Shown here: positions 29,240 through 38,674 of the stretch, piece after piece
Layout of the letters: each line of letters opens with the position of its first letter
Numbering within the stretch: position 1 is the stretch's first letter
Source of the DNA: Deinococcales bacterium
GTDB taxonomy: Bacteria > Deinococcota > Deinococci > Deinococcales > JAAFIG01
Direction of reading: 5' to 3'
Length of the DNA: 51,935 nucleotides
Assembly: GCA_031414595.1 (NCBI GenBank)
Contig: JANNVX010000095.1
Coordinates: 1 to 51,935 of the forward strand
Made by a program: the position numbers and the translations under genes
Notes under the pieces: model-generated
Seen by the model: the letters and a program-made list of their open reading frames with translations, nothing else
What the model was told of the DNA's origin: nothing
Databases searched by the model: none

Positions 29240-30166
29240 ATGCTTTTAGACGATAAAAAGAAATTCTTAAGTTTAGAGCGGGTCGAACAGCGTTGGGGTT
29301 GGTTTTTTTTAGCACCTTGGCTGCTTGGCTTATTATTATTTACGGCTTTCCCAATGCTTGTATCTTTGGTTTTGGCATTCACCAATTATAATTTGGTGAC
29401 CGATGAACCAACACGATTTGTTGGTCTTAAAAACTGGGTTTCGATGGTTCAAGACCCTCAAACGCAAAGTGCGTTTATGAACACCCTAAGATATATTTTG
29501 ATTGTTGTGCCACTTTTAATTCTTAGCCCACTGGTTTTAGCGCTGTTCTTAAATGCCAAACCACTTTGGCTTAAAGGCTTTTTTATCACTTTGTTTTTTT
29601 TGCCAAACCTGATACCGGGCGTGGTGACTGGTTTAATTTGGGCTGGAACGCTTTCGCCCACGGGGACAGTCAATCGTTTTTTACAAGGCTTTGGAATTAC
29701 CCCGCCAGCTTGGTTGACCGAAGCCGCTTGGGTCATGCCAGCCATTGCCATTATTGGTTTATGGAGCATTGGCAATACCATTTTACAATTGATTGCCGCC
29801 CTAAAAAATGCTCCCAAAGAATTATATGAAGCCGCCACGATAGACGGTGCAAGTTCAATCACGATGTTTTTTAGAATCACTATTCCCTTGATGTCATCGG
29901 TTTTGTTTTTTAATGTAATCACTTCGATTATTGGTGGATTTCAGTATTTTGTGGTCAGTTTTTTACTTTTTAATGGACAAGGCGGACCAAACGACGCGGG
30001 AATGTTCCTGATGTTGAAAATTTTTAAGGAAGCCATCACCTACCGCAACATGGGTTATGCCTCGGCAATGTCATGGGCAATGTTACTGATTACACTGCTG
30101 ATTACCCAAGTCTTGTTTGCTTTGGGTAAACGATTTGTGTTTTACGCCGGAGAGGAACGAAAATGA
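29240..30166 (+). CDS. Carbohydrate ABC permease (MalF-like)
   Basis: FVGLKNW, ELYEAATIDGAS..FFRITIPL, MGYASA. Start is 29234 or 29240. Confidence 0.93.
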   Translation: MLLDDKKKFLSLERVEQRWGWFFLAPWLLGLLLFTAFPMLVSLVLAFTNYNLVTDEPTRFVGLKNWVSMVQDPQTQSAFMNTLRYILIVVPLLILSPLVLALFLNAKPLWLKGFFITLFFLPNLIPGVVTGLIWAGTLSPTGTVNRFLQGFGITPPAWLTEAAWVMPAIAIIGLWSIGNTILQLIAALKNAPKELYEAATIDGASSITMFFRITIPLMSSVLFFNVITSIIGGFQYFVVSFLLFNGQGGPNDAGMFLMLKIFKEAITYRNMGYASAMSWAMLLITLLITQVLFALGKRFVFYAGEERK

Positions 30167-31242
30167 GCTTAGTTATCCCAAAAGTGAGAACCCAAACGGT
30201 ACAACGTCAAAATCAACGGATATGGCGCTCGAGAATTGTTTCGATTCTGGTAACCGCCCTGATTGCTTGGACGGCTTGGGTTTTTTTAACCCCATTTTAT
30301 GAACAACTGAATGCCAGTCTAGGTGCAGCTTCTCGAGAACCCGGGCAGCCATTTGGTCCGTATGTCGGACAGATTTTTAACTATCAGAACCAAGAATTAA
30401 AAATCTATAACGTGCCAATCAATGGCTCAACCCAGCAACTTGCGCTGCTCGAGCCGGGTCGTACCAGCAGTGTTTTTATTGACCCTAAAAATCCAAATAC
30501 CCCTATTACTTACGAAGGCTCTTACCGTGCTTTAGAGCGGCTCTGGACTTTTAGCCCTCGTTTTTCTAATTATGTGGAAGCCTGGGATCGTTTGCCCGGT
30601 GGTTTTGTGCGTGGTTTAAGCAACACTTTTATTATTGCGGGCTTAAGTACCCTGGGGGTTTTGATTAGTTCTACTTTTACGGCGTATGGTTTGGCACGTT
30701 TTAATATGCCCTATAAAGACTTTTTACTTGGTCTAGTGACAGTTACTTTAATGCTACCGACAGTGGTTTTGTTTGTGCCGCAATATATTCTTTTTTTTAA
30801 GATAGGTTGGGTCGGGACATGGTTACCTTTGATTGTGCCATCGTTTTTTGGCAGTGCTTATAGTATTTTCTTATTGCGCCAATTCTTCTTAGCCATTCCT
30901 AAAGAGTTTGATGAAGCTGCCAAAGTAGACGGTGCAAACCCATTGCAAATTCTTTGGTTTATTTTACTGCCTTTAATCCGCCCAGCTTTAATTGCTGTGG
31001 CAATACTACATTTTATCTTTGTCTGGAACGATTTTTTCTACCCGACCTTGTACTTGGCTGGTAAAACCGATTTGATGCCTGTATCGGTCTTGATGCGGAT
31101 GTTTAGCTCGAGTTACGGCAGCAGTACCCCACATCTGATTTCGGCAGCTGCCGTGATTGCTACAGTTGTACCAATGGTTTTATTTTTAATCGCCCAGCGT
31201 CCTTTTATTCGAGCCATCACCATGCCGGGGTTAGACAAATGA
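30163..31242 (+). CDS. Carbohydrate ABC permease (MalG-like)
   Basis: AYGLARF, FLLRQFF, EFDEAAKVDGA, WNDFF. Confidence 0.93.
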   Translation: MSLVIPKVRTQTVQRQNQRIWRSRIVSILVTALIAWTAWVFLTPFYEQLNASLGAASREPGQPFGPYVGQIFNYQNQELKIYNVPINGSTQQLALLEPGRTSSVFIDPKNPNTPITYEGSYRALERLWTFSPRFSNYVEAWDRLPGGFVRGLSNTFIIAGLSTLGVLISSTFTAYGLARFNMPYKDFLLGLVTVTLMLPTVVLFVPQYILFFKIGWVGTWLPLIVPSFFGSAYSIFLLRQFFLAIPKEFDEAAKVDGANPLQILWFILLPLIRPALIAVAILHFIFVWNDFFYPTLYLAGKTDLMPVSVLMRMFSSSYGSSTPHLISAAAVIATVVPMVLFLIAQRPFIRAITMPGLDK

Positions 31243-32237
31243 AATACATTATTGGAGTGCTAGTTGCACTGATAGGAATAACCATGACCCAAGCCCAAAA
31301 CAGCCCTCGAGATATTTTTGCGGTCAATAAAACCTTAGCCCGCACCATGAATTTCGGTAATGCCCTAGAAGCCCCGTCCGAGGGCGCATGGGGTGTAAAA
31401 CTCGAGGAACGGTTTTTTGATTTGGTTAAACAGGGTGGCTTTACCGCCATTCGTTTACCAGTTAAATTTAGTGCCTATGCCGCCGAAGCTGCACCGTACA
31501 CACTCAAGCGTGAATTACTACTGCGGGTTGACTGGGCGATTCAAAATGCCAAGAAGCGTGGTTTAAGTATTATTTTAGACTTACACCATTACGACGACCT
31601 GATGCAAAAACCAACTGAGCATTTGGAGCGCTGGCTTGGCATTTGGCAACAACTTGCGATGCGTTACAAAAATCAACCAGACACGGTTATCTTTGAGCCT
31701 TGTAACGAACCACACGAGAAAATCGAGCCGTACTGGAATGATTATTTTGCCAAAGTATTGGCGGTTATTCGCCAAACCAATCCAACTCGAGCCGTGATTG
31801 TTGGCGGTAATGGTTGGAATAACGCTGACCGCTTAAAAGAATTGGTGTTGCCCGAAGACTCAAATCTGATTGTCACTTTTCATAATTACAATCCGTTTCC
31901 ATTTACCCACCAAGGGGCAGAATGGTGGGCAGACGGCTATAAACACCTTGGAACACTCTGGAAAGGTACACCTGACGAGCAAGCCAATGTGATTCAGCAC
32001 ATTAAACTTGGGGTGGATTATGCCCAAAGCCTTGGCAAACCACTTTTTATGGGTGAATTTGGCGCATACAACAAAGCCGACTCTGCCTCACGACTGCGTT
32101 GGACCAAGTTTACTCGAGAAACCATCGAAGCCTCTGGTGCAAGTTGGGGTTACTGGGAATTTGCTTCTGGTTTTGGAGTTTACGACAATTTAATGAAACG
32201 CTGGCGTAAAGACTTACTTGATGCGCTGACTAAATAA
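31239..32237 (+). CDS. Secreted GH5 endoglucanase/mannanase
   Basis: Signal peptide, MNFGNALEAP.EGAWG, catalytic NEP and MGEFG, WGYWEF. Confidence 0.92.
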   Translation: MKYIIGVLVALIGITMTQAQNSPRDIFAVNKTLARTMNFGNALEAPSEGAWGVKLEERFFDLVKQGGFTAIRLPVKFSAYAAEAAPYTLKRELLLRVDWAIQNAKKRGLSIILDLHHYDDLMQKPTEHLERWLGIWQQLAMRYKNQPDTVIFEPCNEPHEKIEPYWNDYFAKVLAVIRQTNPTRAVIVGGNGWNNADRLKELVLPEDSNLIVTFHNYNPFPFTHQGAEWWADGYKHLGTLWKGTPDEQANVIQHIKLGVDYAQSLGKPLFMGEFGAYNKADSASRLRWTKFTRETIEASGASWGYWEFASGFGVYDNLMKRWRKDLLDALTK

Positions 32238-32251
32238 GAAAAGGAATAATC

Positions 32252-33589
32252 ATGGGTTTACATCGTTCACAATTTCCAAATCATTTTTTGTTTGGCGCAG
32301 CCACCTCGAGTTACCAAATCGAAGGCGCAGCCAATCTTGACGGACGCAGCCCAAGCATCTGGGATACCTTTGCCCACTCAGCAGGTCGTACCAAAAATGG
32401 CGACACTGGCGATGTGGCTTGCGACCATTATCACCGCTATCTTGAAGACACCGACCTGATGCAGCAACTTAATTTTAATGCTTACAGGTTCAGTACCAGT
32501 TGGTCTAGGGTACTGCCCGAAGGCAGAGGGCGAATCAATCAAGCAGGGATAGATTTTTACTCGAGACTGGTGGATTCTTTGCTTGAACGTGGGATTGAGC
32601 CGTGGCTAACCTTGTACCACTGGGATTTACCGCAAGCCTTAGAGGACAAAGGCGGTTGGGGCGCTCGAGACACTGCTTTTGCCTTTGCCGAGTATGCCCA
32701 AACGATGGCAACCCATTTAGGAGACCGAGTTAAAAACTGGTTTACCCATAACGAACCTTGGTGTACGGCTTTTTTAGGGCATCAAATCGGTATGTTTGCG
32801 CCTGGCAAAAAAGACCCAGCTTTAGCGCTACAAGTGGCGCATCATTTGTTGTTGTCGCATGGACTGGCAATTCCAGCCATTCGCAGCGCCTCGAGCCAAG
32901 CCAAAGTCGGGGCTGCCTTAAACCTCTGGACGGTGCATCCAGCTTCCGAATCTGAGGCTGATATTCTGGCGGCTAAACGCTACGATGGTTTTTCCAATCG
33001 CTGGTTTTTAGACCCGCTTTATCGGCAAAGCTACCCCGCCGATATGCTCGAGTTATATGCTGGTCATGCACCAAAAATCGAGGCTGGCGATATGGGAATC
33101 ATTGCTACCCCAACCGATTTTTTGGGGGTCAATTACTATATTCGGATGGTTGTGGCAAATGATTCAAGCAACCCGTACCTTGGCACAAAAACTGTTTTAC
33201 CCCCAGACAGCCAGTACACCGATTTTAATTGGGAAGTCTATCCTGATGGCTTACGTGAATGTCTCGAGCGAGTCCAAAGCGAATACAACCCCAAGGCATT
33301 GTACATCACCGAAAATGGGGCGTGCTATGACGATGACATCAATGCCGAAGGTGTGGTGGCTGACCATAAACGCCAAAAATACCTCGAACAGCACTTAGAA
33401 GCCGCCCATCAAGCCCGCAGCAATGGCGCAAAACTCGAGGGGTATTTTGCTTGGAGTTTAATGGATAATTTTGAATGGGCAGAAGGCTACAGCCGACGTT
33501 TTGGTTTGGTGCATGTGGATTTTAAGACCCAAAAACGCACCCCTAAATTATCGGCACATTGGTATAAAAACTTTTTAGGAAACCCATGA
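32252..33589 (+). CDS. GH1 beta-glucosidase
   Basis: FLFGAATSSYQIEGA, THNEP, ITENG, WSLMDNFEWAEG. Confidence 0.96.
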   Translation: MGLHRSQFPNHFLFGAATSSYQIEGAANLDGRSPSIWDTFAHSAGRTKNGDTGDVACDHYHRYLEDTDLMQQLNFNAYRFSTSWSRVLPEGRGRINQAGIDFYSRLVDSLLERGIEPWLTLYHWDLPQALEDKGGWGARDTAFAFAEYAQTMATHLGDRVKNWFTHNEPWCTAFLGHQIGMFAPGKKDPALALQVAHHLLLSHGLAIPAIRSASSQAKVGAALNLWTVHPASESEADILAAKRYDGFSNRWFLDPLYRQSYPADMLELYAGHAPKIEAGDMGIIATPTDFLGVNYYIRMVVANDSSNPYLGTKTVLPPDSQYTDFNWEVYPDGLRECLERVQSEYNPKALYITENGACYDDDINAEGVVADHKRQKYLEQHLEAAHQARSNGAKLEGYFAWSLMDNFEWAEGYSRRFGLVHVDFKTQKRTPKLSAHWYKNFLGNP

Positions 33590-34389
33590 ACCCGATTTCT
33601 TTTATCAGTGCCAATTTTGTGGCTCGAGAACTTGATTACAACATGACCGAAGGCTGGATGCAGGGCGACACCGCCACCCAAGAATTCTTTAAGCCATTGA
33701 AAACCTTTGAAGCAAGGTTTATTGCAATGCTGGCAGAAATTAAAAGCATGGGGTTTAACCATCTCGACTTATGGGGGGCGCATCTTCATCCAAATTGGGC
33801 AACCCCCGAACACTTAGGAATAGCAAAAAACGCCCTTCGAGAACAAGGTTTAACCGTCACTAGCCTTGCGGCTTGGTGTGGCGACCTTGAAGCCCTAGAA
33901 GGTTTTACTCGAGTTGCCAATGCACTTGACACAACCATTATCGCTGGCGGTGCGCCAGTCCTGACTCAGGCTCGAGCCGAAACACTGCATATTTTGCGCC
34001 AGACTGGGGTTAAAATTGCTATCGAAAACCACCCCGAAAAAAATGCTTTGGAGGTTCTAGCCCAAATTGGTTCAGACCACGATTTCATCGGCGCAGCCCC
34101 CGATACAGGTTGGTGGGGAACACAAAATATGGACAGCCCAACTGCTCTGCGTGAATTGGGGCAGCATATTTTGATTGTCCATTTTAAGGATGTCAAAGAG
34201 GCTGGAACGCACCAAACCTGCCGTTTTGGGGATGGAATCGTCAACCTTAAAGGCAGCTTAGAAGCCCTGCAAGAAATCGGTTACACGGGTGTTCTTGGTA
34301 TCGAACACGAACCCGAAGAACACAATCCAAGGGCTGATATTGTCTACAGCAAAACCTTGCTCGAGACTTGGTTAGGGGGCAAGCGATGA
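33586..34389 (+). CDS. Sugar phosphate isomerase/epimerase-family (xylose-isomerase-like TIM barrel) protein
   Basis: AIENH, DTGW, HFKD and IEHE metal-ligand pattern. Confidence 0.85.
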   Translation: MNPISFISANFVARELDYNMTEGWMQGDTATQEFFKPLKTFEARFIAMLAEIKSMGFNHLDLWGAHLHPNWATPEHLGIAKNALREQGLTVTSLAAWCGDLEALEGFTRVANALDTTIIAGGAPVLTQARAETLHILRQTGVKIAIENHPEKNALEVLAQIGSDHDFIGAAPDTGWWGTQNMDSPTALRELGQHILIVHFKDVKEAGTHQTCRFGDGIVNLKGSLEALQEIGYTGVLGIEHEPEEHNPRADIVYSKTLLETWLGGKR

Positions 34390-35450
34390 AACTGGCAATC
34401 ATTGGTTGTGGCAACATTGCTGGACCGTATTCCAAAGACCTGCAACAACATCCAGACCTCGAGATTATAGGATTCTATGACCTTGACCCACAAAAAGCAC
34501 AGTTATTGGCTGACAAATACGGCGGTCTTGTCTATCCAACCCTAGAAGCAGCCCTGCAAGACCCGACGGTTGAAATGATTGTCAATCTAACCATTTTTAA
34601 CGCCCATTATGAGGTGGTGAAAGCCGGTTTATTGGCAGGAAAACATGTCTACAGCGAAAAACCTCTGGCACTCGAGGCAGCCCAAGCCTTTGAATTGGTA
34701 CAACTGGCAGAGCAAGTTGGTAAGCGCCTTGCTTGCGCTCCAATTACTTTTTTAGGCGAAGCCCAACAAACAGCCTTGCAAACCATTCGCCAAGGAAAAA
34801 TAGGGCAATTGCGGGTTATTTATGCTGAAGTCAACCACGGACGAATCGAATCTTGGCATCCAAACCCAGCCCCATTTTACGCGGTTGGTCCGATGCTTGA
34901 TGTCGGGGTTTACCCATTAACACTGGTCACGGCATTGCTTGGTGCTGCGATTCGCTTAAGCAGTTTTGCCACCACTTTGCATCCCAACCGTATCAGCCAA
35001 GATGGTACAGCCTTTAAGGTGGACAACCCAGATTTTTATGTGGTCAATCTTGAATTCCCCAACAACATCATCATGCGTTTAACCTGTAATTTTTATGTTT
35101 CAGGTAAAAGTAAACAAGCCGAAAGCATCGAATTTCATGGCGACCAAAGCTCCTTGTACCTCGAGTCTTGGTTTGGGGCAGATTGCCGTTTAGAACAAGC
35201 TGATTTTGGACAAAGCGAGTATCAAAGCCTGCCTTTAGCGCAAGAACCGACCAGCCATATAGACTGGTCTCGAGGGATAAAAGATTTTGTGGCTGCCATC
35301 CAAGAAAACCGTGTTTCTCGAGTAACTGGAGCGCAAGCAGCACACATTGTCGAGATTCTTGAAGCGGCAAATATCAGTGCCAAAAGTGGTCGTCCAATAG
35401 ATTTACATTCTACTTTTGAACCACCCGCCCCGATGGACTGGGCAAAATAG
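34386..35450 (+). CDS. Gfo/Idh/MocA-family oxidoreductase
   Basis: IIGCGNIA, GKHVYSEKP, GPMLDVGVY. ATGA overlap. Confidence 0.92.
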   Translation: MKLAIIGCGNIAGPYSKDLQQHPDLEIIGFYDLDPQKAQLLADKYGGLVYPTLEAALQDPTVEMIVNLTIFNAHYEVVKAGLLAGKHVYSEKPLALEAAQAFELVQLAEQVGKRLACAPITFLGEAQQTALQTIRQGKIGQLRVIYAEVNHGRIESWHPNPAPFYAVGPMLDVGVYPLTLVTALLGAAIRLSSFATTLHPNRISQDGTAFKVDNPDFYVVNLEFPNNIIMRLTCNFYVSGKSKQAESIEFHGDQSSLYLESWFGADCRLEQADFGQSEYQSLPLAQEPTSHIDWSRGIKDFVAAIQENRVSRVTGAQAAHIVEILEAANISAKSGRPIDLHSTFEPPAPMDWAK

Positions 35451-35497
35451 ATTTATTGGGCGTTCAAAAGTTGTAAACTAAGTCATGGAGTTGTTTT

Positions 35498-36529
35498 TTG
35501 ACCCAATCGGCTGAACAACTGGCTTTGCGTGAGCGTTTAGAGCGTGGGCAAACCTTGCTTTTTGCGGCAAGAAATAGCTTGGAGCGTTTACAAGCCCATC
35601 TGCTGATTGGTGATGCCCAACATGACCTAGCCGAGTATCAAGCAGCCCAAGAAACCTTTCTGAAAGCCGAAGCCTTGGCGCGGTTACTCGAAAACCCACA
35701 ATGGATTGCTGAAGCACTGGTCGGTCGGGTACGGGTGGCAGGTGGTCAATCGCAATATGCCGAAGTTATTAAAGCCGCCAGAGAAGCTGTCGCACTGGCG
35801 CGTCAGGCAGGTGACTCGAGTACACTGGCTAAAACCTTGTACTGGTTAGGCAATACCGAATTTTACTTAGGGAGCTTATCTACTGCTCGGGGTCATCTCG
35901 AGGAATCGCTAAAAGTCGTGGCTTTAACAGGCGACCCATTGCGTCTTGCCAGCACCATGACCTTACTTGGGCGACTCGAGGGGCAAGCTGGGCGTTTAAG
36001 GCAGCGCATTGAACTCCTGCAAGAAGCTCTGAAAATCAATTTAGAATTTGGTTATCAAAAAGGCATTGCCATGTGCTTAACGGGTTTAAGTTGGAGTACC
36101 TTATTGGATGGGCAGTACAGCGAATCGGAGCGTTTGTCGCAGCAAAGTCTGACATTGTTTCGGCAACAAGGCTCAAAATGGGCAATTGCCAATGCCTTAC
36201 TGAATTTAAGCCATGCCCAAACTGCCCAAGGAAACACAAGTGCCGCCAAAATCAATTTATTAGAAGCCCTCGAGATTGCCACCCAAATCAATTCGGCGAA
36301 TTTACTGCTCGAGTTACTGGTTGCGGCGGCTCGAACCCAAACCAATGTGTTACTGGCACGGCAATGGGTGCGGATTGCGGTCATGCACCCCAACAGCACC
36401 GCCGAGCTTCGCAGTTTTGCTGCCCCAGACATCGAACGTTTAGAGGTTGCCTTAAAACCAGTGGATGAAGCCTCCTTAAAAAACAGTTTATCTGAGGTTA
36501 AAAAGCAGCTACTAGCGACTAGCCACTAG
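35498..36529 (+). CDS. Tetratricopeptide-repeat (TPR) protein
   Basis: Repeated A..L..LG.......G....A...L.E.L pattern. GGAG precedes the TTG start. Confidence 0.8.
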   Translation: MTQSAEQLALRERLERGQTLLFAARNSLERLQAHLLIGDAQHDLAEYQAAQETFLKAEALARLLENPQWIAEALVGRVRVAGGQSQYAEVIKAAREAVALARQAGDSSTLAKTLYWLGNTEFYLGSLSTARGHLEESLKVVALTGDPLRLASTMTLLGRLEGQAGRLRQRIELLQEALKINLEFGYQKGIAMCLTGLSWSTLLDGQYSESERLSQQSLTLFRQQGSKWAIANALLNLSHAQTAQGNTSAAKINLLEALEIATQINSANLLLELLVAAARTQTNVLLARQWVRIAVMHPNSTAELRSFAAPDIERLEVALKPVDEASLKNSLSEVKKQLLATSH

Positions 36530-36606
36530 CCAGTATCCTAAACCTATTCCTCGAGAAAACTGTGTGGCACATTTTCTTTTGCCTTTCGCCCTTTGCCTTT
36601 CGCCTC

Positions 36607-37137
36607 TCACCCACAACGATTAAACCGACTTAAGGCACTGCGCCCTTCGCTTGTTCCGCCAGCAATTTCTGACCCACCGAGTGATAAAAAATACCAGCCT
36701 TTGGATTGTCCGTGGTCAACCACCAAATAATACTGACCAGCGTCTAAGCGTTTTTCTAAAGTTGGGGATTTTCTTGCGACCACACCATGCCCAGCATAAT
36801 CTGACCACGTGTTTGCGACTGCCAGCCCGCCCATATTTTCTGGGATAGCAAATGACACAGGGTCTTTGAGGTTTCGTCCAATTAAGTATAAGCGCGGCTG
36901 GAAGGCTTTTGGACAATTTGCACCAACAAAAAGCGCCACATCCAAGCTAAAATTCTGCTTGACTTCAAAGGCGTACCAGTTGCGGCTGCCTGTGCGTGAC
37001 TCGGCGGTAATCACTTTAGAAACTTCGGGATTGGCAATCACAAAGGCGGTTTCTCGAGTCGGCGAACCTGAATTAAAAAAAGGCTGATGCGCCAAGGCAA
37101 CACCTAAAAACATCAGTACCACAAGAAACTTTTTCAT
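36607..37137 (-). CDS. Hypothetical secreted protein
   Basis: Signal peptide MKKFLVVLMFLGVALA followed by HQP. Confidence 0.7.
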   Translation of the reverse strand: MKKFLVVLMFLGVALAHQPFFNSGSPTRETAFVIANPEVSKVITAESRTGSRNWYAFEVKQNFSLDVALFVGANCPKAFQPRLYLIGRNLKDPVSFAIPENMGGLAVANTWSDYAGHGVVARKSPTLEKRLDAGQYYLVVDHGQSKGWYFLSLGGSEIAGGTSEGRSALSRFNRCG

Positions 37138-37186
37138 GAATTCTAGTGTGGCAGATTTTATAACAGGTTGGTATGACCCACGTTAC

Positions 37187-38674
37187 TTATTCGGCGGTAA
37201 CGGCTCGAATAAACGCCCCTTGGCGCAACGCCATTAAAAGCGCCCCAGCCCCCCAAGCGCCAGCCAATAACCATAAAGTGACGGCAAGGGCGGGAAGTAG
37301 CATGGCAAGCGCAAATAGCCCTAAGCCCGGCAGCAACAACAGCGCACTGTTAGGAATTATTTTTTGCCCCAGCATGACAATCGCAATGGCTGCTCCGCTC
37401 GAGAATGCAATAACCGTAAAAATTCCCAGTACCAAAGCAAATGGTGTGCCAAGGACACTCAGACCCCCCAATGCCACAACTGGCACAGTTAAAAAAAGCA
37501 GCAGTAAACCCAATCCAAGTGAACGCCCAGCGTCTTTATGAAAAGCGGGTTGTAGACTTTGTTGGACTCGAGGCAGCAACACCAAAACAGCCGCCAGCAC
37601 ACTCAGTAAGCCAAAGTACCACCATTGCCAACTGCCCGCCGTAATCAGGTTGCGAAGCGGACGAAAGGCACTAGCAGCACTTAAACCCGGTAAGGCAAAA
37701 CTTTTTTGATTGATATTTTGAGAACCAGAACTTAACTGCCCTAGCACCGCACTGGCAGCCTGAACACTTGTGCCTTCAGGTAAATTGACATCGCCTAAAA
37801 AGGTCAGCACCCGCCCTGAAACCCTTGCACCACGCTCGAGACGAACACTGCCACCTATCGCAATCACATTGCCGCGCACTTCGGAAGCGACAGTAATATC
37901 GCCAGCAAAACGCACCACAGTCGCAAGTTGCACCGCGCCATCAATTCGGGTGTTGCCAAACCAACCCGAAAGTTGTGGCACGACAAAGGCAGCCGCCACG
38001 CCAAACGCTGCAATTGCGGCAGGAAAACGTGCCACACGCTGCGCCAAGGTTGCCACCACCGCAAACAATGCCACCAGCGCCACGGGCAGCACCAAGGATT
38101 CTGGCAAGGAACGCAGCACTTCAAACAATGCCACCCCAGCCGCTTGAGCGTCCCGCCAAGTCAATGCCCCAAAAGCCAAGGCAACCCCTGCCAGTAATGT
38201 TCCTAAAAAGTACAATGGAGTACGGTCATGCTCGGCGTTGATGGCGGCTTCTTTAGCAATGTTTTTGGCAACTCGAGCCGCAAAAAAAGGCGGGGCTTGA
38301 ACCGAGGGCAATACTGCCAAAGGATTGACTTGACTCGAGATTCGACTGGCGATCTGAAGAGCAAATTCGGGTGGGGCTTTGACTGGCTCGAGCGCCACCA
38401 ACGGGTTAGCAGCAGCAGCAATTTTGGTCGAAAGCATTTTTGCAAAAGACACTGGTGCTTCCACGGCTTGGTAATTGAGCAACGGATTTTCTTGGGCTTG
38501 TAACGCAATTTTTTTGGCTAAATTGGCAGCAAAATTGGGTGGCGGATGGGCATTGCTAAGCGTCGCCATTTGTGCCGAGAGCGCAATTCGTGCGGCTACA
38601 GAACGGGCAAAACTTTCTGGGATTTGAGGAGTCTCGAGTTTGGTCAATAACAATTCTAATCGGTCTTGGGTCAT
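37187..38674 (-). CDS. Putative anti-sigma factor: N-terminal repeats, TM helices, bactofilin-like beta-helix, TM C-terminus
   Basis: ATGA overlap with the ECF sigma gene; VRGNVIAIGGSVRLERGARVSGRVLTFLG. Confidence 0.7.
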   Translation of the reverse strand: MTQDRLELLLTKLETPQIPESFARSVAARIALSAQMATLSNAHPPPNFAANLAKKIALQAQENPLLNYQAVEAPVSFAKMLSTKIAAAANPLVALEPVKAPPEFALQIASRISSQVNPLAVLPSVQAPPFFAARVAKNIAKEAAINAEHDRTPLYFLGTLLAGVALAFGALTWRDAQAAGVALFEVLRSLPESLVLPVALVALFAVVATLAQRVARFPAAIAAFGVAAAFVVPQLSGWFGNTRIDGAVQLATVVRFAGDITVASEVRGNVIAIGGSVRLERGARVSGRVLTFLGDVNLPEGTSVQAASAVLGQLSSGSQNINQKSFALPGLSAASAFRPLRNLITAGSWQWWYFGLLSVLAAVLVLLPRVQQSLQPAFHKDAGRSLGLGLLLLFLTVPVVALGGLSVLGTPFALVLGIFTVIAFSSGAAIAIVMLGQKIIPNSALLLLPGLGLFALAMLLPALAVTLWLLAGAWGAGALLMALRQGAFIRAVTAE

